Source of the DNA: an uncultured Acidobacteriota bacterium
Lineage (GTDB): Bacteria; Acidobacteriota; Terriglobia; UBA7540
Reading direction: 5' to 3'
NCBI GenBank assembly: GCA_963804995.1
Contig: CAWDSK010000003.1
Location: 512,001-576,000, forward strand
DNA length: 64,000 nt
The notes under the pieces were generated by a model that worked only from the letters and a program-made list of their open reading frames with translations, did not search any database and was not told the DNA's origin. Below, piece by piece: positions 9,629 to 20,513 of the stretch (position 1 is its first letter; each line of letters starts with the position of its first letter). The translations under genes and the position numbers were made by a program.

Positions 9629-10603
9629 ATGAAAACCATTCGCTATCACGCCATGGGCGGGCCGGAAGTTCTGGTCTTTGAGGAAGTGGAGAAGCCGGTT
9701 CCCGCCGCCGGTGAGGTCTTAGTACGCGTGCACGTAGCGGGAGTGAATTTTGCGGACACGCTGATGAGCCGCGGCCGATACGTGACGCCGCCCAACCTTC
9801 CGGAGACGCCAGGCCTCGAGGGGTCCGGAATCGTCGAGGGAGTTGGCTCCGGCGTCGAGCCGGTCTGGGTGGGGCAACGGGTCGGATTCGCGGGCCGGCG
9901 CACTTATGCCGAGTACACCACAGTACCGGCAACCGCCTTGATCCCCTTGCCCGACCAGGTTGGTTTTGAGGAAGGCGCAGCATTTCCTATTCAGGCCCCC
10001 ACCGCGTATCATTTGCTTTTCACCATGGACCACGTGCGCCCTGGCATGACAGTGTTGATTCATGCTGCGGCGGGCGGCATGGGCCTTCAGCTTATCCAGA
10101 TGGCCAAGCAGGCAGGGGCGCGCGTATTCGGCACAACCTCCACGGAAGAGAAAGCCAGCCTCGCGCGGCAGTATGGCGCGGACGAGGTAATCCTTTATAC
10201 TCAGACGGACTTCGCCGAACGAGTCAAGGAACTGACGGATGGCCGCGGAGTCGACTTGGCGCTCGATTCGGTGGGCCGCGCGACTTTTGCCGGCAGTCTG
10301 CGTGCCCTCGCGCCCTTTGGACATCTCATCATGTTCGGCGCGGCCAGTGGGTTGCCCGAAAAGCTGAATGTGATTGGAACGTTGATGGCAAAGTCGCAGA
10401 AAGTCAGTGCCTTCTGGTTGTTCACCACGCTGAAGACGCCTGGACTGGCTGAGCGCGGGGTTCGGCAGGTGCTGGAATGGCTCAGCAGCGGGCAGTTGAA
10501 AATCCACATCGGGTTGAAACTCCCGCTCGAGCAAGCCGCCGAAGCACATCGAAAGATGGAGGCGCGCGCGACGGTCGGAAAAGTTATTCTCACCGTGAAC
10601 TGA
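9629..10603 (+). CDS. qor: NADPH:quinone oxidoreductase (MDR family)
   Basis: GGPEVL, AGVNFAD, PGLEGSG, HAAAGGMG, GKVIL motifs. Confidence 0.85.
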   Translation: MKTIRYHAMGGPEVLVFEEVEKPVPAAGEVLVRVHVAGVNFADTLMSRGRYVTPPNLPETPGLEGSGIVEGVGSGVEPVWVGQRVGFAGRRTYAEYTTVPATALIPLPDQVGFEEGAAFPIQAPTAYHLLFTMDHVRPGMTVLIHAAAGGMGLQLIQMAKQAGARVFGTTSTEEKASLARQYGADEVILYTQTDFAERVKELTDGRGVDLALDSVGRATFAGSLRALAPFGHLIMFGAASGLPEKLNVIGTLMAKSQKVSAFWLFTTLKTPGLAERGVRQVLEWLSSGQLKIHIGLKLPLEQAAEAHRKMEARATVGKVILTVN

Positions 10604-10615
10604 GGGGATTCAAGC

Positions 10616-11914
10616 ATGGGTTTATTTGGGTCAAAGTCGAAAAAGTTGGGCGCGGCAAAGAAGCTCGAGGGCGCGGTGCAATTTCCGGGCGACAAATCGA
10701 TCTCGCATCGTTACGCGATGCTGGCCGCCCTCGCCGAGGGGCCAAGCGAAATCCATTTCTTTTCCACGAGCGCCGATTGCCAATCGACGCTCAACTGTCT
10801 GAAGGGTCTGGGAGTCAGCATTGAGCGCAAAGAGAATGTGGTGAACATTGCGGGGGCAGGCTTGACGGGCCTGCGCGCACCTTCCGGACCTCTCGACGCC
10901 AGCAATTCCGGCTCGACCATGCGCATGCTGGCGGGTGTGCTGGCCGGGCAGCCCTTTCGGACCGTCATGGGGGGTGACGCTTCGCTATCGCGCCGCCCCA
11001 TGAAACGCGTGGCCGATCCTCTCACCCTGATGGGCGCCCGCATCCAGACCGCCGAGGGCGGCCGCCCGCCGCTCGCAATCGAGGGGGGCAACCTTACTCC
11101 CATCCGTTATGAGATGCCCGTAGCGAGCGCGCAGGTTAAATCCGCCGTTCTGCTCGCCGGCTTGTTCGCCGAGGGAGAAACGCAAGTGGTGGAAAAGCTC
11201 CCCACCCGCGACCACACGGAAATTGCGCTCGAGCAGATGGGTGCGGACATCGGCCGCCATCAGCGTACTATCGCCGTGCGCGGCCGCGCCCGCCTGGAAG
11301 GAAAGAAGCTCTACGTTCCCGGCGACATCTCTTCCGCGGCATTCTTCATAGTAGCAGGCCTGATCGTGCCAAATTCCAACCTGGTGCTGCACAACGTCGG
11401 GCTGAATCCCACCCGCACCGCCTTGCTCGATGCGCTGGTCCCCATGGGCGGACACGTCAAAGTGATGAACCTCGAAATGCTCAACGGGGAACTGCTGGGC
11501 AACCTGCACGTGGAGTCGAGCCAGCTTGCGGGCGGTGAAATTCCCGCCGAGCTGGTACCGGGATTGATCGACGAACTGCCGGTGCTTTCCGTGCTGGGCA
11601 CGCAGACGGAGCAGGGCTTGTCGTTTCGCGGAGCGGCGGAATTGCGCGTTAAGGAAAGCGACCGCCTGGCGGCTGTGGCGGAAAACCTGCGTCGCATGGG
11701 AGCTGAGGTGGAGGAGTTTCCGGACGGGCTGCGCGTGGCTGGCCGGCAAAGATTGCGCGGCGCGGAAATCGATCCCCACGACAACCATCGCATCGCCATG
11801 GCCTTCGCAATTGCCGCCCTGGTCGCGGAAGGCACGACGGTTATTAAAAACAGCTCCTGTGTCGATATTTCCTTTCCCGATTTCTTCGATACACTGGCGC
11901 GCGTGGCCGGGTAA
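10616..11914 (+). CDS. aroA: 3-phosphoshikimate 1-carboxyvinyltransferase (EPSP synthase)
   Basis: PGDKSISHR, SAQVKSA, RDHTE, ELRVKESDR motifs. Confidence 0.97.
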   Translation: MGLFGSKSKKLGAAKKLEGAVQFPGDKSISHRYAMLAALAEGPSEIHFFSTSADCQSTLNCLKGLGVSIERKENVVNIAGAGLTGLRAPSGPLDASNSGSTMRMLAGVLAGQPFRTVMGGDASLSRRPMKRVADPLTLMGARIQTAEGGRPPLAIEGGNLTPIRYEMPVASAQVKSAVLLAGLFAEGETQVVEKLPTRDHTEIALEQMGADIGRHQRTIAVRGRARLEGKKLYVPGDISSAAFFIVAGLIVPNSNLVLHNVGLNPTRTALLDALVPMGGHVKVMNLEMLNGELLGNLHVESSQLAGGEIPAELVPGLIDELPVLSVLGTQTEQGLSFRGAAELRVKESDRLAAVAENLRRMGAEVEEFPDGLRVAGRQRLRGAEIDPHDNHRIAMAFAIAALVAEGTTVIKNSSCVDISFPDFFDTLARVAG

Positions 11915-12097
11915 ACTGCCCGGCACAGGTGGCAGAGCTGGAATCCTACAGGCTGAATCAGGACGCCGCCCGCATATCTCCGGGCGTTGTAATTTTGGGT
12001 TATACTGGCGCTGGCGTTACCCGGCTGTCCGTATCCGGTTGGCGAGACAGCGGGTTTCAGATGATCCCGAAGGCTCCCCGCAAGAAAGGACCCCGGC

Positions 12098-13093
12098 TTG
12101 GGATTCGATATCATTGATATCCGTCGGTTTGAGGCCGACGAATTCTCGACCCTCCTGGAAGCCGAATCCGACGCCTGGTACAAGACGCTGCACTGGGACT
12201 TTTCCGCCTCGGTTCGCGTCATCAACGCCTGCCTGCGTGAGAAACGCCTTTCCGGGTACGCCCTGGTACGCGACGGCCAGATTCGCGGTTATTGCTTCTT
12301 TTTTTATGACGGCGGGAAGTCCGTAATTGGCGACCTGTTTGTGCACCCGGAGATAGCAGGTCACGGCCACGAGTGCCGCCTGCTGGATCACGTGGTGGAA
12401 ACGCTCCTGGCCACGCCCGGCCTCTGCCGCATCGAGGCCCAGCTTCCGCATTTCGAGCGAGAAGACCTGGAAGCTCGCTTTCCGCCTTCCCACTTTCAAA
12501 GTTATCAGCGCCGCTTCATGAAACTCTCCTTGGGGAACCAGCCGCACTCGCTTGCGTCTGAAGGGAAGCAAACCGGCGAACCGGCCTCCTCAGAGACCTC
12601 GGCGCTCGATGAATTTGATTTCATCCCGTGGGAAAGGCGCTTCGATGAGGAAGCCGCGAATCTGCTCTATCTGGCCTACCGGAACCATGTCGACGCGATC
12701 ATCAACGACCAGTACGCCTCGGTCACCGGAGCCGCGCGCCTGATCGAAAACATCGTTGGCCTTCAGGGATGCGGCGAATTCCTGTCGCGAGTATCGCGCC
12801 TGGCTGTGCACCGGGCAAGCCAACAACTGGCCGGAATCCTCACCGTCACCCGCATTCGGCCTCATACCGCGCACATCCCGCAGGTCGCCGTGGGTGTAGA
12901 CTTTCAGGGACTCGGCGTGGGGACGGCCCTGATGGATGCGGCATTCCGTGACCTTCCGCAGGAGGGTTTCCAGGAAGTCACCCTGACCGTGACCGACTCA
13001 AACGCCGGTGCCCTGCGCCTCTACCAAAGGTTGGGGTTCGAGACCTTCAAGACCTTCGGTTCGTTCATCTACGGCCACGAGGAGGCTCTGTAG
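12098..13093 (+). CDS. Tandem GNAT-family N-acetyltransferase
   Basis: Two motif-A regions (LFVHPEIAGHG; VAVGVDFQGLGVG) and NAGALRLYQRLGF. Confidence 0.85.
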   Translation: MGFDIIDIRRFEADEFSTLLEAESDAWYKTLHWDFSASVRVINACLREKRLSGYALVRDGQIRGYCFFFYDGGKSVIGDLFVHPEIAGHGHECRLLDHVVETLLATPGLCRIEAQLPHFEREDLEARFPPSHFQSYQRRFMKLSLGNQPHSLASEGKQTGEPASSETSALDEFDFIPWERRFDEEAANLLYLAYRNHVDAIINDQYASVTGAARLIENIVGLQGCGEFLSRVSRLAVHRASQQLAGILTVTRIRPHTAHIPQVAVGVDFQGLGVGTALMDAAFRDLPQEGFQEVTLTVTDSNAGALRLYQRLGFETFKTFGSFIYGHEEAL

Positions 13094-13384
13094 GATTGCG
13101 GAATAGTGTGGCCGGGGCGCCCCTCGTGATTCCTGTCAGGCTGCTCACTTAAGCTTTGTAGTTCCATATTCGACCCTGGCCCCCCTGGGTGCAAAGCGGG
13201 AGTTGTTTTGAATTTACTACCCTCGCCCCCTTTGGAGGAGAGCGTGGCACGAAGCGCCGAGTAAGAGGGTCTGCCAAGAACCGCTTCAAAATTACTCTCC
13301 TGAGGCCCCTTAATCAGCCGATATTGGATTTGAGAACGGGCATGCGAAAAGGCCACTACCTGGTAACGGCCACAGGAGGTCACT

Positions 13385-14860
13385 ATGAAAATCCGCGGAC
13401 TTATCTCTCTTCTTTTACTGGCGGTGGTTTTCGCCGCTGCGGGGCCGCTTTTGGCGCAGCAAACCCCTTTCACAAAAGAGCAGGTCCAAAACCTGGTTCG
13501 CAGCCACCTTGGGGATGAGGAAGCCATCCCTGCCGTCTTGCGGCGAGGCCTCGACTTCCAGCCGGATACCGCCTTCCTCCAAAACCTCAAAGAGGCCGGT
13601 GCGAGTGGCGCGTTCCTTGCGGCGCTGGGTAATGCGAGGAGTGCGGTGCCTGCCGGGGAGCCGGCCAAGAAGCCCCTTAGTGAGGTGCAGATTCTCACCC
13701 TGCTGTCCGGTGAAGTGCCACCCCATCGTGTGGCCATGCTGGTAGAGGAGCGCGGCATTGACTTTGAGCCGGTACCCGCGCAACTGGCGACGATCCGCGG
13801 GGGAGGAGGTAACGAAGAACTTTCCAGAGCGCTCGCCTCCGCGCACGTGACGAAGCCCACGACCGTCGACCCGACGGCGGAGGCCAGGGTAGCCGAGTTG
13901 TATCAACATACGACGCGCGGAGCGGAATACTTTGGGAAGAAACAATTCGCGGAAGCGGAAACGGAGTTCCGTGCCGCAGTCCAGCTCGACCCGCAGGATT
14001 CCGATCTGCATGTCGCGCTTGCCAACACCCTGTCTCACCAGAGCAAAATGGATGACATGCTGGCCGAGGCTCGGGAGGCAGCGCGCTTGAATCCAAGAAA
14101 CGTGCAAGCCCACGTGATGATGGCCATGGCATTGGACGAAAAAGGAGACCTGGCTTCCGCCATTGCGGAGTATCGTGAAGCCGTGCGTTTGAACCCCGAC
14201 TATGAGGTGGCGCACTTTCGCCTGGCCACCGTGCTGAAAGACCACGGCGATGTGGATGGCGCGATTGCCGAGTATCGCGAAGCCCTGCGCCTGAACCCCG
14301 ATGACTCGGACAACCACCTTTTCCTGGGATTGGCGCTGCACGACAAGGGTGACCTGGACGGCGCCATCGCCGAGTACCGCCAGGCCGTGCGGCTGAAACC
14401 CGAAAACTTCCTTGCCCATTTTTCTCTGGGCGCCGCACTCAAGACGAAAGGTGACCAGGACGGTGCGCTTGCGGAAATCCGCGAAGCTGCACGCCTGGAG
14501 CCCACGAATAGCAGTGTGCACTTGGGCTTGGCGGCGGCGCTCTCCGACAAAGGCGACATTGACGGCGCCGTGGCCGAGTTACGCGAAGCCCTGCGCCTTA
14601 ATCCCAACAACGCCACGGCACACTTTGCCTTGGGCCAAATGCTGCTCATCAAGCACGATTTTGACGCCGCGCTGCCGGAGTTTCGCGAAGCCGTACGTCT
14701 GAAACCTGATTACGCTCCGGCCCACTATTTCCTCGGCCTCCTCCTGGACCGCCAAGGCGATCATGACGGCGCGCTTGCGGAGCTTCGCACGGCCACAACC
14801 CTTGACCCCGCTAATCCGGATTACAAGAAGGACTACGAACGCGTCTCGCAGCCAAAGTGA
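13385..14860 (+). CDS. Secreted tetratricopeptide repeat protein
   Basis: Signal peptide; about nine 34-aa repeats (GDLDGAIAEYREALRLNP). Confidence 0.9.
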   Translation: MKIRGLISLLLLAVVFAAAGPLLAQQTPFTKEQVQNLVRSHLGDEEAIPAVLRRGLDFQPDTAFLQNLKEAGASGAFLAALGNARSAVPAGEPAKKPLSEVQILTLLSGEVPPHRVAMLVEERGIDFEPVPAQLATIRGGGGNEELSRALASAHVTKPTTVDPTAEARVAELYQHTTRGAEYFGKKQFAEAETEFRAAVQLDPQDSDLHVALANTLSHQSKMDDMLAEAREAARLNPRNVQAHVMMAMALDEKGDLASAIAEYREAVRLNPDYEVAHFRLATVLKDHGDVDGAIAEYREALRLNPDDSDNHLFLGLALHDKGDLDGAIAEYRQAVRLKPENFLAHFSLGAALKTKGDQDGALAEIREAARLEPTNSSVHLGLAAALSDKGDIDGAVAELREALRLNPNNATAHFALGQMLLIKHDFDAALPEFREAVRLKPDYAPAHYFLGLLLDRQGDHDGALAELRTATTLDPANPDYKKDYERVSQPK

Positions 14861-14955
14861 GCAGGGAGATCAGCGAAGTCAGAGGCAAACCGGATAGAGG
14901 CGGTAAAAAGGGGTTCCAGACAAAGGAGTCTGTTTAGAAATCGGCCTCGCGATCT

Positions 14956-15020
14956 GTAGCGGCTATCTCTGATCGCCGAAGTTGATTCCAAAAGCCGGCG
15001 GTCGGAAACCGCCGTTACAA
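14956..15020. repeat. REP-like element (TGTAGCGGC...CCGCCGTTACA)
   Basis: Related to 38054-38129. Confidence 0.65.
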
Positions 15021-15296
15021 CCAGGATATTTTCACAACTTCGAGAGCCATGGGGGATAAAAGCAAGAGGAGGAGGGAAGCCTCGGCAGAGGGTACAGAGA
15101 AAATCCACCAATCTAAGTGAGTCTGACGCCCGCTGACACGAGCTGAAGGGTAAACAACTGCCGCTCTCCGACAGCCATCGCCGAGGCGCGTAGTCTGTCG
15201 GCCCTGAGGCTCTAAGCAGGCGTAGTAGGGACGCTTTGGGAGCCGCTCCCGCGAAATCGTATGCGATTGCTGACCAGCTCGGTTCGCTAACTGCGG

Positions 15297-15758
15297 CTAC
15301 TTCCCTTTCGCCTTAAGCAGGTCTTTCAACTCATCCATGAATTCGCGGACGTCCTTGAAGTCCAGGTAGACAGAGGCGAAGCGCACGTAGGCCACCTTAT
15401 CGAGCTTCTTCAGCCGGGCCATGACCAGTTCGCCGAGTTCCGTAGCGGAGCGTTCGCGGTCGGGCGACTCCGCCACGTGCGCTTCCACCTCGTTCACGAT
15501 CAGCTCGAGCTTGCCCATGGGCACCGGTCGCTTCTCGCAGGCCTTTAGCAAGCCCGCCAGCAATTTCTGGCGGTCAAATTTCTCCCGCCGGCCATCTTTC
15601 TTGATGACCATGTAGGGGATCTCGTCAATACGCTCGTAGGTGGTAAAGCGCCGGTGGCATTTCTCGCATTGACGGCGGCGGCGGATGGTATCGCCAATCT
15701 TCGCCTCGCGCGAGTCCACCACTTTATCTTCCACGTGACCGCAGAATGGACATCTCAT
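15297..15758 (-). CDS. nrdR: Transcriptional repressor NrdR
   Basis: MRCPFCG..DKVVDSR..RRRRQC zinc ribbon, ATP-cone, VAYVRFASVY. Confidence 0.97.
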   Translation of the reverse strand: MRCPFCGHVEDKVVDSREAKIGDTIRRRRQCEKCHRRFTTYERIDEIPYMVIKKDGRREKFDRQKLLAGLLKACEKRPVPMGKLELIVNEVEAHVAESPDRERSATELGELVMARLKKLDKVAYVRFASVYLDFKDVREFMDELKDLLKAKGK

Positions 15759-15827
15759 GGTGGCCGTTCACCTCGGGGAGTTGGAAACTTTCGCGCCGAA
15801 CCCAGGGGCCGGGCAGCCCGGTTCGGG

Positions 15828-16901
15828 TCAGATTTCTTCCATCGTCACAGCCTGTTTTTCCTCTTCCGCAATCTCCTCCAGCTTGCCGATCGACAGGCCT
15901 TCGTGAATCAGCAGGATCAGTCCGAGCCCCAAGCAGGGGACCGACATCATAATCCAGATCAGTATGCCAGCGCCGGTGGCAGGTTCAACAGCGACGTTGA
16001 AGATTTCGGTAAGGGCTAGAATCACCCCCACTTGGTAGCCACCTCCGATCCCTGGAAGCTGAACGATCAGGCCTAGGGCTGCGCAAAATAGCGTGAGGGC
16101 CGCGGCCAGCCAAGGCAAGCGCCCCAGTCCGTGCCGCACACTCTTGAACACCAACCAGAAAATCGTGACGTTGAGAGCCCACAAAACTACCGTCGTGACA
16201 ACGCTGCCGGCAAGCCCACCCCAGTCACGAATCACTCCCAGACCCTCGCTGAACGAGTGCAGGAACCTGCCGAGCGAGTGCAGCGCGGTTTCTGGGAGAA
16301 AGCGGAACACCTTGAGCGTCCAGGCGGTGATGGTCGCAGCCCTCAACCGGAAAAGCACGAGGCCTAACACCATCAAGCCCGTGAAGAAGAACAACACGTT
16401 GCCACCCTTGTGCATGGCGTGAAGCACAGAGACCCCTTTGGGGGTGGCAGGTCCTACGGGCTCGAAATAAAGGGCCGCTGCAAAGAGTATCACCATGGCG
16501 ATGGTGTCAAACACGCGCTCGAGCAGCCACACCCCAACCATGGCGCTCATGGGGACGTTTTCTTTCTTGGCGATGTAGGCCGGACGCACCAACTCGCCCG
16601 GGCGGCCAACCAGGTAAATCGAACTGAAGCCCAGAATCTGGCCGACGAACAAGACCCACAGGGAGGCGCGCTTAATATGATTCAGAAAAAATCGCCAGCG
16701 AATGGCCCGCAGGAAGTAAGTAGCGTAAACCCCCACCAGGGAAATCAGCAGATAGCCCAGCCGTGCCCCGACAATCGAAGCCCACAGGCGGTCCCAGCGA
16801 AAATTGCGCCACTCGGGATTCCTACTGAGGTTGTAAAAGATCAAGGCGATGACAACGGCTCCCACACCTAAGCCCGCCCATCGTCGCCACGCTTTTTTCA
16901 T
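15828..16901 (-). CDS. Lysylphosphatidylglycerol-synthase TM (flippase-like, UPF0104) membrane protein
   Basis: Multi-TM; LRAIRWR, GRPGELVRP, ERVFD, PGIGGGYQ motifs. Confidence 0.85.
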   Translation of the reverse strand: MKKAWRRWAGLGVGAVVIALIFYNLSRNPEWRNFRWDRLWASIVGARLGYLLISLVGVYATYFLRAIRWRFFLNHIKRASLWVLFVGQILGFSSIYLVGRPGELVRPAYIAKKENVPMSAMVGVWLLERVFDTIAMVILFAAALYFEPVGPATPKGVSVLHAMHKGGNVLFFFTGLMVLGLVLFRLRAATITAWTLKVFRFLPETALHSLGRFLHSFSEGLGVIRDWGGLAGSVVTTVVLWALNVTIFWLVFKSVRHGLGRLPWLAAALTLFCAALGLIVQLPGIGGGYQVGVILALTEIFNVAVEPATGAGILIWIMMSVPCLGLGLILLIHEGLSIGKLEEIAEEEKQAVTMEEI

Positions 16902-17031
16902 AGAAAGGATCCGCCGAGGTTGTTCTCAGCAAAACTATCCGAAGGGCTGGGGGATGTCAAGCAAGGGCGTGGTACAAAAACATCTCGGGCACACCTTCCC
17001 CCCTATGATACGGGCTGCACCCCTCGCTCTC

Positions 17032-19035
17032 TCATTGCCTCAAATACTTGTCATACCACTCCAGGATGCGCTGAAGCGAGTCAATCTGGTGCGGACGCTC
17101 GTGAAAGCCGTGGTGCTCGCGAGGGTAGGTCACCATCTCCACCGGCACGCCCAGCATCCGTAGACCGTTATAGAACTCCCACCCCTGCTCGGTGGGCACC
17201 CGCTCATCCGCTTCGCCGTGCAGAACCAACGAGGGCGTATGACAGTTCTTCAGAAAGGTCATGGCCGAGTGGCTGTCGTAGTCCGCCCGACGATTGAACG
17301 GGAGATCGAGAAAATAGTTGCGCAGGAAGGTGGGCGTGATATCGGTGTTGCCATCGAAGCTAAAGAGGTTGGTTACCGCTGCTCCGACCACCGCCGCCTT
17401 GAAGCGATTCGTCTGGGTCACCGCCCAGGAGGTCATATACCCACCATAACTTGCCCCACCGATGCCCAGACGATTCGGGTCGGCAATCTTTTGCGCAACC
17501 AATTCGTCGACGCCATCCATGATGTCGTGGAAGTCCCCGCCGCCCCAATCGTCGCGGTTGGCCTCCGCGAATCTCCAACCCTGTCCCGTGGAACCACGTG
17601 GATTCGGCATGAAAACCACGTAGCCGCGCGAGGCGAGCATTTGCGCCCACACGTTCGGAGTGCTCATCCACCCGCACCACCAGAATGAAGCGGGGCCGCC
17701 GTGAATCTGCACAACCGTCGGATAGGTCCGGCCCGGCTGGAAGTCGGGCGGCGTCACCAGCACGCCATAGATCGTGAGGCCGTCCTTCTTACTCTTCCAG
17801 CTGATTTCTTCGGCCTGGCCCAGCCGCCACTCCTTGACCTGGGGATTTAAGTCCGTAAGCTTGCGGGGCGTGCCCCCCGCAGCATAGGCCCAGACCTCCG
17901 GCGGTGAGTCCGCGGTCCCGCGGGCATAGGCGAGCGTCCTCCCATCGGGGCTGATAGAGAAACTGGGCGCCGGCACGGCCGTTTCAATAGGAATTTCCGT
18001 AATCGATCCATCCGAGGAATTCACCCGAAGAAATTTGTCGTGCGTGTGCACACTCGTTTCCGCCAGCAGGTGGTTCGAATCTGATTCCCATTCGAAAGAT
18101 CTTACAGTGCCCGCATAATCTTGGAGCAGCGGCCGGACAGCTCCGCCTTTGGCGGGCGCTACTACCAGCCAAGATGCGATTCCGCTCGGCGAACGTTCTT
18201 CGAAGGCAAGAGTTCTCCCATCAGGCGACCAGCGCAGCTCACTGTCCACTTTGTCACTCAGCGTGCGCACAATTTCTCCATCCAGCCGCCTCACGATCAC
18301 CAGGCGCGCGTGCCAGATGACATCGTCGTTGCGGGGAGTGGAGGAAACACGCGCCGCAAGCTCCGTACCGTCAGGCGACCAATCAAATCCGTTCACTTGT
18401 AAGTCCTGCTTGGTCACCTGCTCGGCTTTGCGATCGGCAAGCGTTACCACCCACAAGCGCGCGAATTTGTACTCGTGGTCGGCGAAGTGCTCGTCGAAAC
18501 CCTCCTTGTGCCTTTTCAGCTCGGCCTCCGTCTCTGGATCCAGAACCGTGAAGGCGATCATCTTCCCGTCGTGCGACCAGCGCAGGTCCTGAACGTCTCC
18601 CTTGACGTGAGTAAGTTGGTCTGCCTCGCCACCCTCGGTGGGTAAAAGGTAGACTTGGTTCTTCGCATCTTTTTCTTCGCCCGCGGGTTCGCCACGGTTC
18701 GAGAGGAACGCCAGGTAGTGGCCATCCGGGGACCAGCGGGGGTGCGTGTCGCTCTTGGGACTGGCAGCGAACAATCGTGCCGGCTCGCTGCCATCAACAG
18801 GCACAACCCAGATATTCGTGTCACCGGCTTTCTGAGGTTTGGCGGGATCGGCCGGTTCGGTCACGACGAAGGCCACCCGCTTGCCATCCGCCGAAATCTG
18901 CACGTCACTCAAGGTGCGGACATCGACCACGTCCTCCGGCGTAATGGCCCGCTTTTCCTGCCCGATCGCAAGGCTCGCCACCGCCAAGTAGAACCAGCAT
19001 GCAATACCCAGGACCCTATTAAGGCCAGGTATCAT
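17032..19035 (-). CDS. S9 family prolyl oligopeptidase / acylaminoacyl peptidase
   Basis: WSPDG (PD40) repeats, IHGGP, GASYGG nucleophile elbow, HGEADERVP, EHHGF. Confidence 0.92.
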   Translation of the reverse strand: MIPGLNRVLGIACWFYLAVASLAIGQEKRAITPEDVVDVRTLSDVQISADGKRVAFVVTEPADPAKPQKAGDTNIWVVPVDGSEPARLFAASPKSDTHPRWSPDGHYLAFLSNRGEPAGEEKDAKNQVYLLPTEGGEADQLTHVKGDVQDLRWSHDGKMIAFTVLDPETEAELKRHKEGFDEHFADHEYKFARLWVVTLADRKAEQVTKQDLQVNGFDWSPDGTELAARVSSTPRNDDVIWHARLVIVRRLDGEIVRTLSDKVDSELRWSPDGRTLAFEERSPSGIASWLVVAPAKGGAVRPLLQDYAGTVRSFEWESDSNHLLAETSVHTHDKFLRVNSSDGSITEIPIETAVPAPSFSISPDGRTLAYARGTADSPPEVWAYAAGGTPRKLTDLNPQVKEWRLGQAEEISWKSKKDGLTIYGVLVTPPDFQPGRTYPTVVQIHGGPASFWWCGWMSTPNVWAQMLASRGYVVFMPNPRGSTGQGWRFAEANRDDWGGGDFHDIMDGVDELVAQKIADPNRLGIGGASYGGYMTSWAVTQTNRFKAAVVGAAVTNLFSFDGNTDITPTFLRNYFLDLPFNRRADYDSHSAMTFLKNCHTPSLVLHGEADERVPTEQGWEFYNGLRMLGVPVEMVTYPREHHGFHERPHQIDSLQRILEWYDKYLRQ

Positions 19036-19273
19036 ACCGCCCTCCTGCCAGGAATGTGCTTTCAGCCCGTCGGCGCTTTGTAAGGTGTCGACGCGCCGAA
19101 GCTATCGCAAAGGGGGGGAACTGTCAATCTGCACGGGGGAGTTGACTTAAGTCGTTCCTTTGCTCGCCGCCTGCAGACACGCTCAGATGGGGCGGAATCT
19201 GGCAGGATTGTGCTGTTCATCTGCGGCGAGAGCCAAGTGGCTTGCGAGTTCACGGCTCTGCGAGGTTGCCGTT

Positions 19274-19732
19274 ATGGATTGGAAGGATTTTTTGCGGCGG
19301 GTATTTCTGCTTGACCTCGTCAAGGGTCTGCGACTGACGTTTTCCTACCAGCGGCCAGACGCAACTTACACGGAGCAGTATCCGCTGGAGCGGCTGCCTG
19401 TGGCGGAGCGTTATCGCGGTGCGCCGCGGCTGAACAACCATCCCGCGTCGGGCGAGACGCTGTGCATCGCCTGTAACTTATGCTCAATCGCCTGTCCGGA
19501 GAATTTGATCGTGGTGGGCTGGGCGCGCACGGAGGATCGCAAGAAGCGGTTGACCACTTTCACTTATGATCTTTCGCGCTGCATGTTCTGCGGGCTATGC
19601 GAGGACGCATGCCCCGTGGACGCGCTGGAGCTGACGCAGGATTTTGAGATCGCCTACTACTCGCGGGAAAGCATGATCTGGGACCGGCAGGCGCTTGAAG
19701 AAGGCCCCCAACCCGCGCGCTATACGTGCTAA
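19274..19732 (+). CDS. nuoI: NADH-quinone oxidoreductase subunit I (stand-alone copy)
   Basis: TEQYP..RYRG, CIACNLCSIACP and CMFCGLCEDACP. Confidence 0.88.
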   Translation: MDWKDFLRRVFLLDLVKGLRLTFSYQRPDATYTEQYPLERLPVAERYRGAPRLNNHPASGETLCIACNLCSIACPENLIVVGWARTEDRKKRLTTFTYDLSRCMFCGLCEDACPVDALELTQDFEIAYYSRESMIWDRQALEEGPQPARYTC

Positions 19733-19949
19733 TTATTCCCCGGCGGTGTAAAACCACTCTTCCAGAGTAATTTGCCGATTTCCTGACATGAGGAAAGGCA
19801 CCCGTGCGTCCGCTCAACCGCCCAGACACACCTATATGCAGACAAGCCTAGCGCCCGCACGGAAAAGCCTCTTTTTTATTGAGCCCTGAAATTCAGAGAG
19901 TCTTCCCCTATCGCAGACTTCGCCCTGTGACTTCCGCCGCAGGCAGGCG

Positions 19950-19976
19950 CCGCGGGTCGCCACGGCGACCCGCGGT
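19950..19976. terminator. GC-rich hairpin downstream of hup
   Basis: CCGCGGGTCGCC-AC-GGCGACCCGCGG between convergent genes. Confidence 0.5.
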
Positions 19977-19983
19977 TCAAACA

Positions 19984-20283
19984 CTATTTCTTCTTGGGGG
20001 GCACAACAGCGTCTTTGAACGCTTTGGCCAGACGGAACTTCACGACGGTCTTGGCCGGGATCTTGATCGGCTCGCCTGTCTGGGGGTTCCGACCCATCCG
20101 AGCCTTGCGGTTCGCCTTAACCGCTTTGCCTAGCCCTGGGATTACGAACTGACCCGAGCTCTTAGCTTCCTTGGTTGCCAATGAAACGAGCTCCTCCAGA
20201 ACTCCCGCTGCCGCCTTCTTCTGGATGCCCATCTTCTCTGCCAGGTGAGACACCACTTGTGATTTGGTCATCACTTTCGCCAT
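19984..20283 (-). CDS. hup: HU family DNA-binding protein
   Basis: MTKSQ.., RKARMGRNPQTGEPIKIPAK. Confidence 0.93.
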   Translation of the reverse strand: MAKVMTKSQVVSHLAEKMGIQKKAAAGVLEELVSLATKEAKSSGQFVIPGLGKAVKANRKARMGRNPQTGEPIKIPAKTVVKFRLAKAFKDAVVPPKKK

Positions 20284-20513
20284 TTGCTGCTCCTCCCTCA
20301 ATGCAGGTTTGTTGTTTGAGACCGTGACATGAATGCCGAGCCACAATGTAGACAATTACTATCAAGCTGTCAAGTGATTTTAACTCCGGGGTACTCGTGA
20401 AAGCCAGAGAAAATGCGGCTGCGGTAGAGGCCCACCGACCTTGAATTACGAAATCTGCCGGGTGACAATTGCAAACCTGCCGGGGTTTCGCTATATTCCA
20501 AGTGGAGGTCCGG

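Noticed and set aside
15120..15295. Possible structured RNA downstream of nrdR
   Set aside because: No recognisable family motif or second copy.
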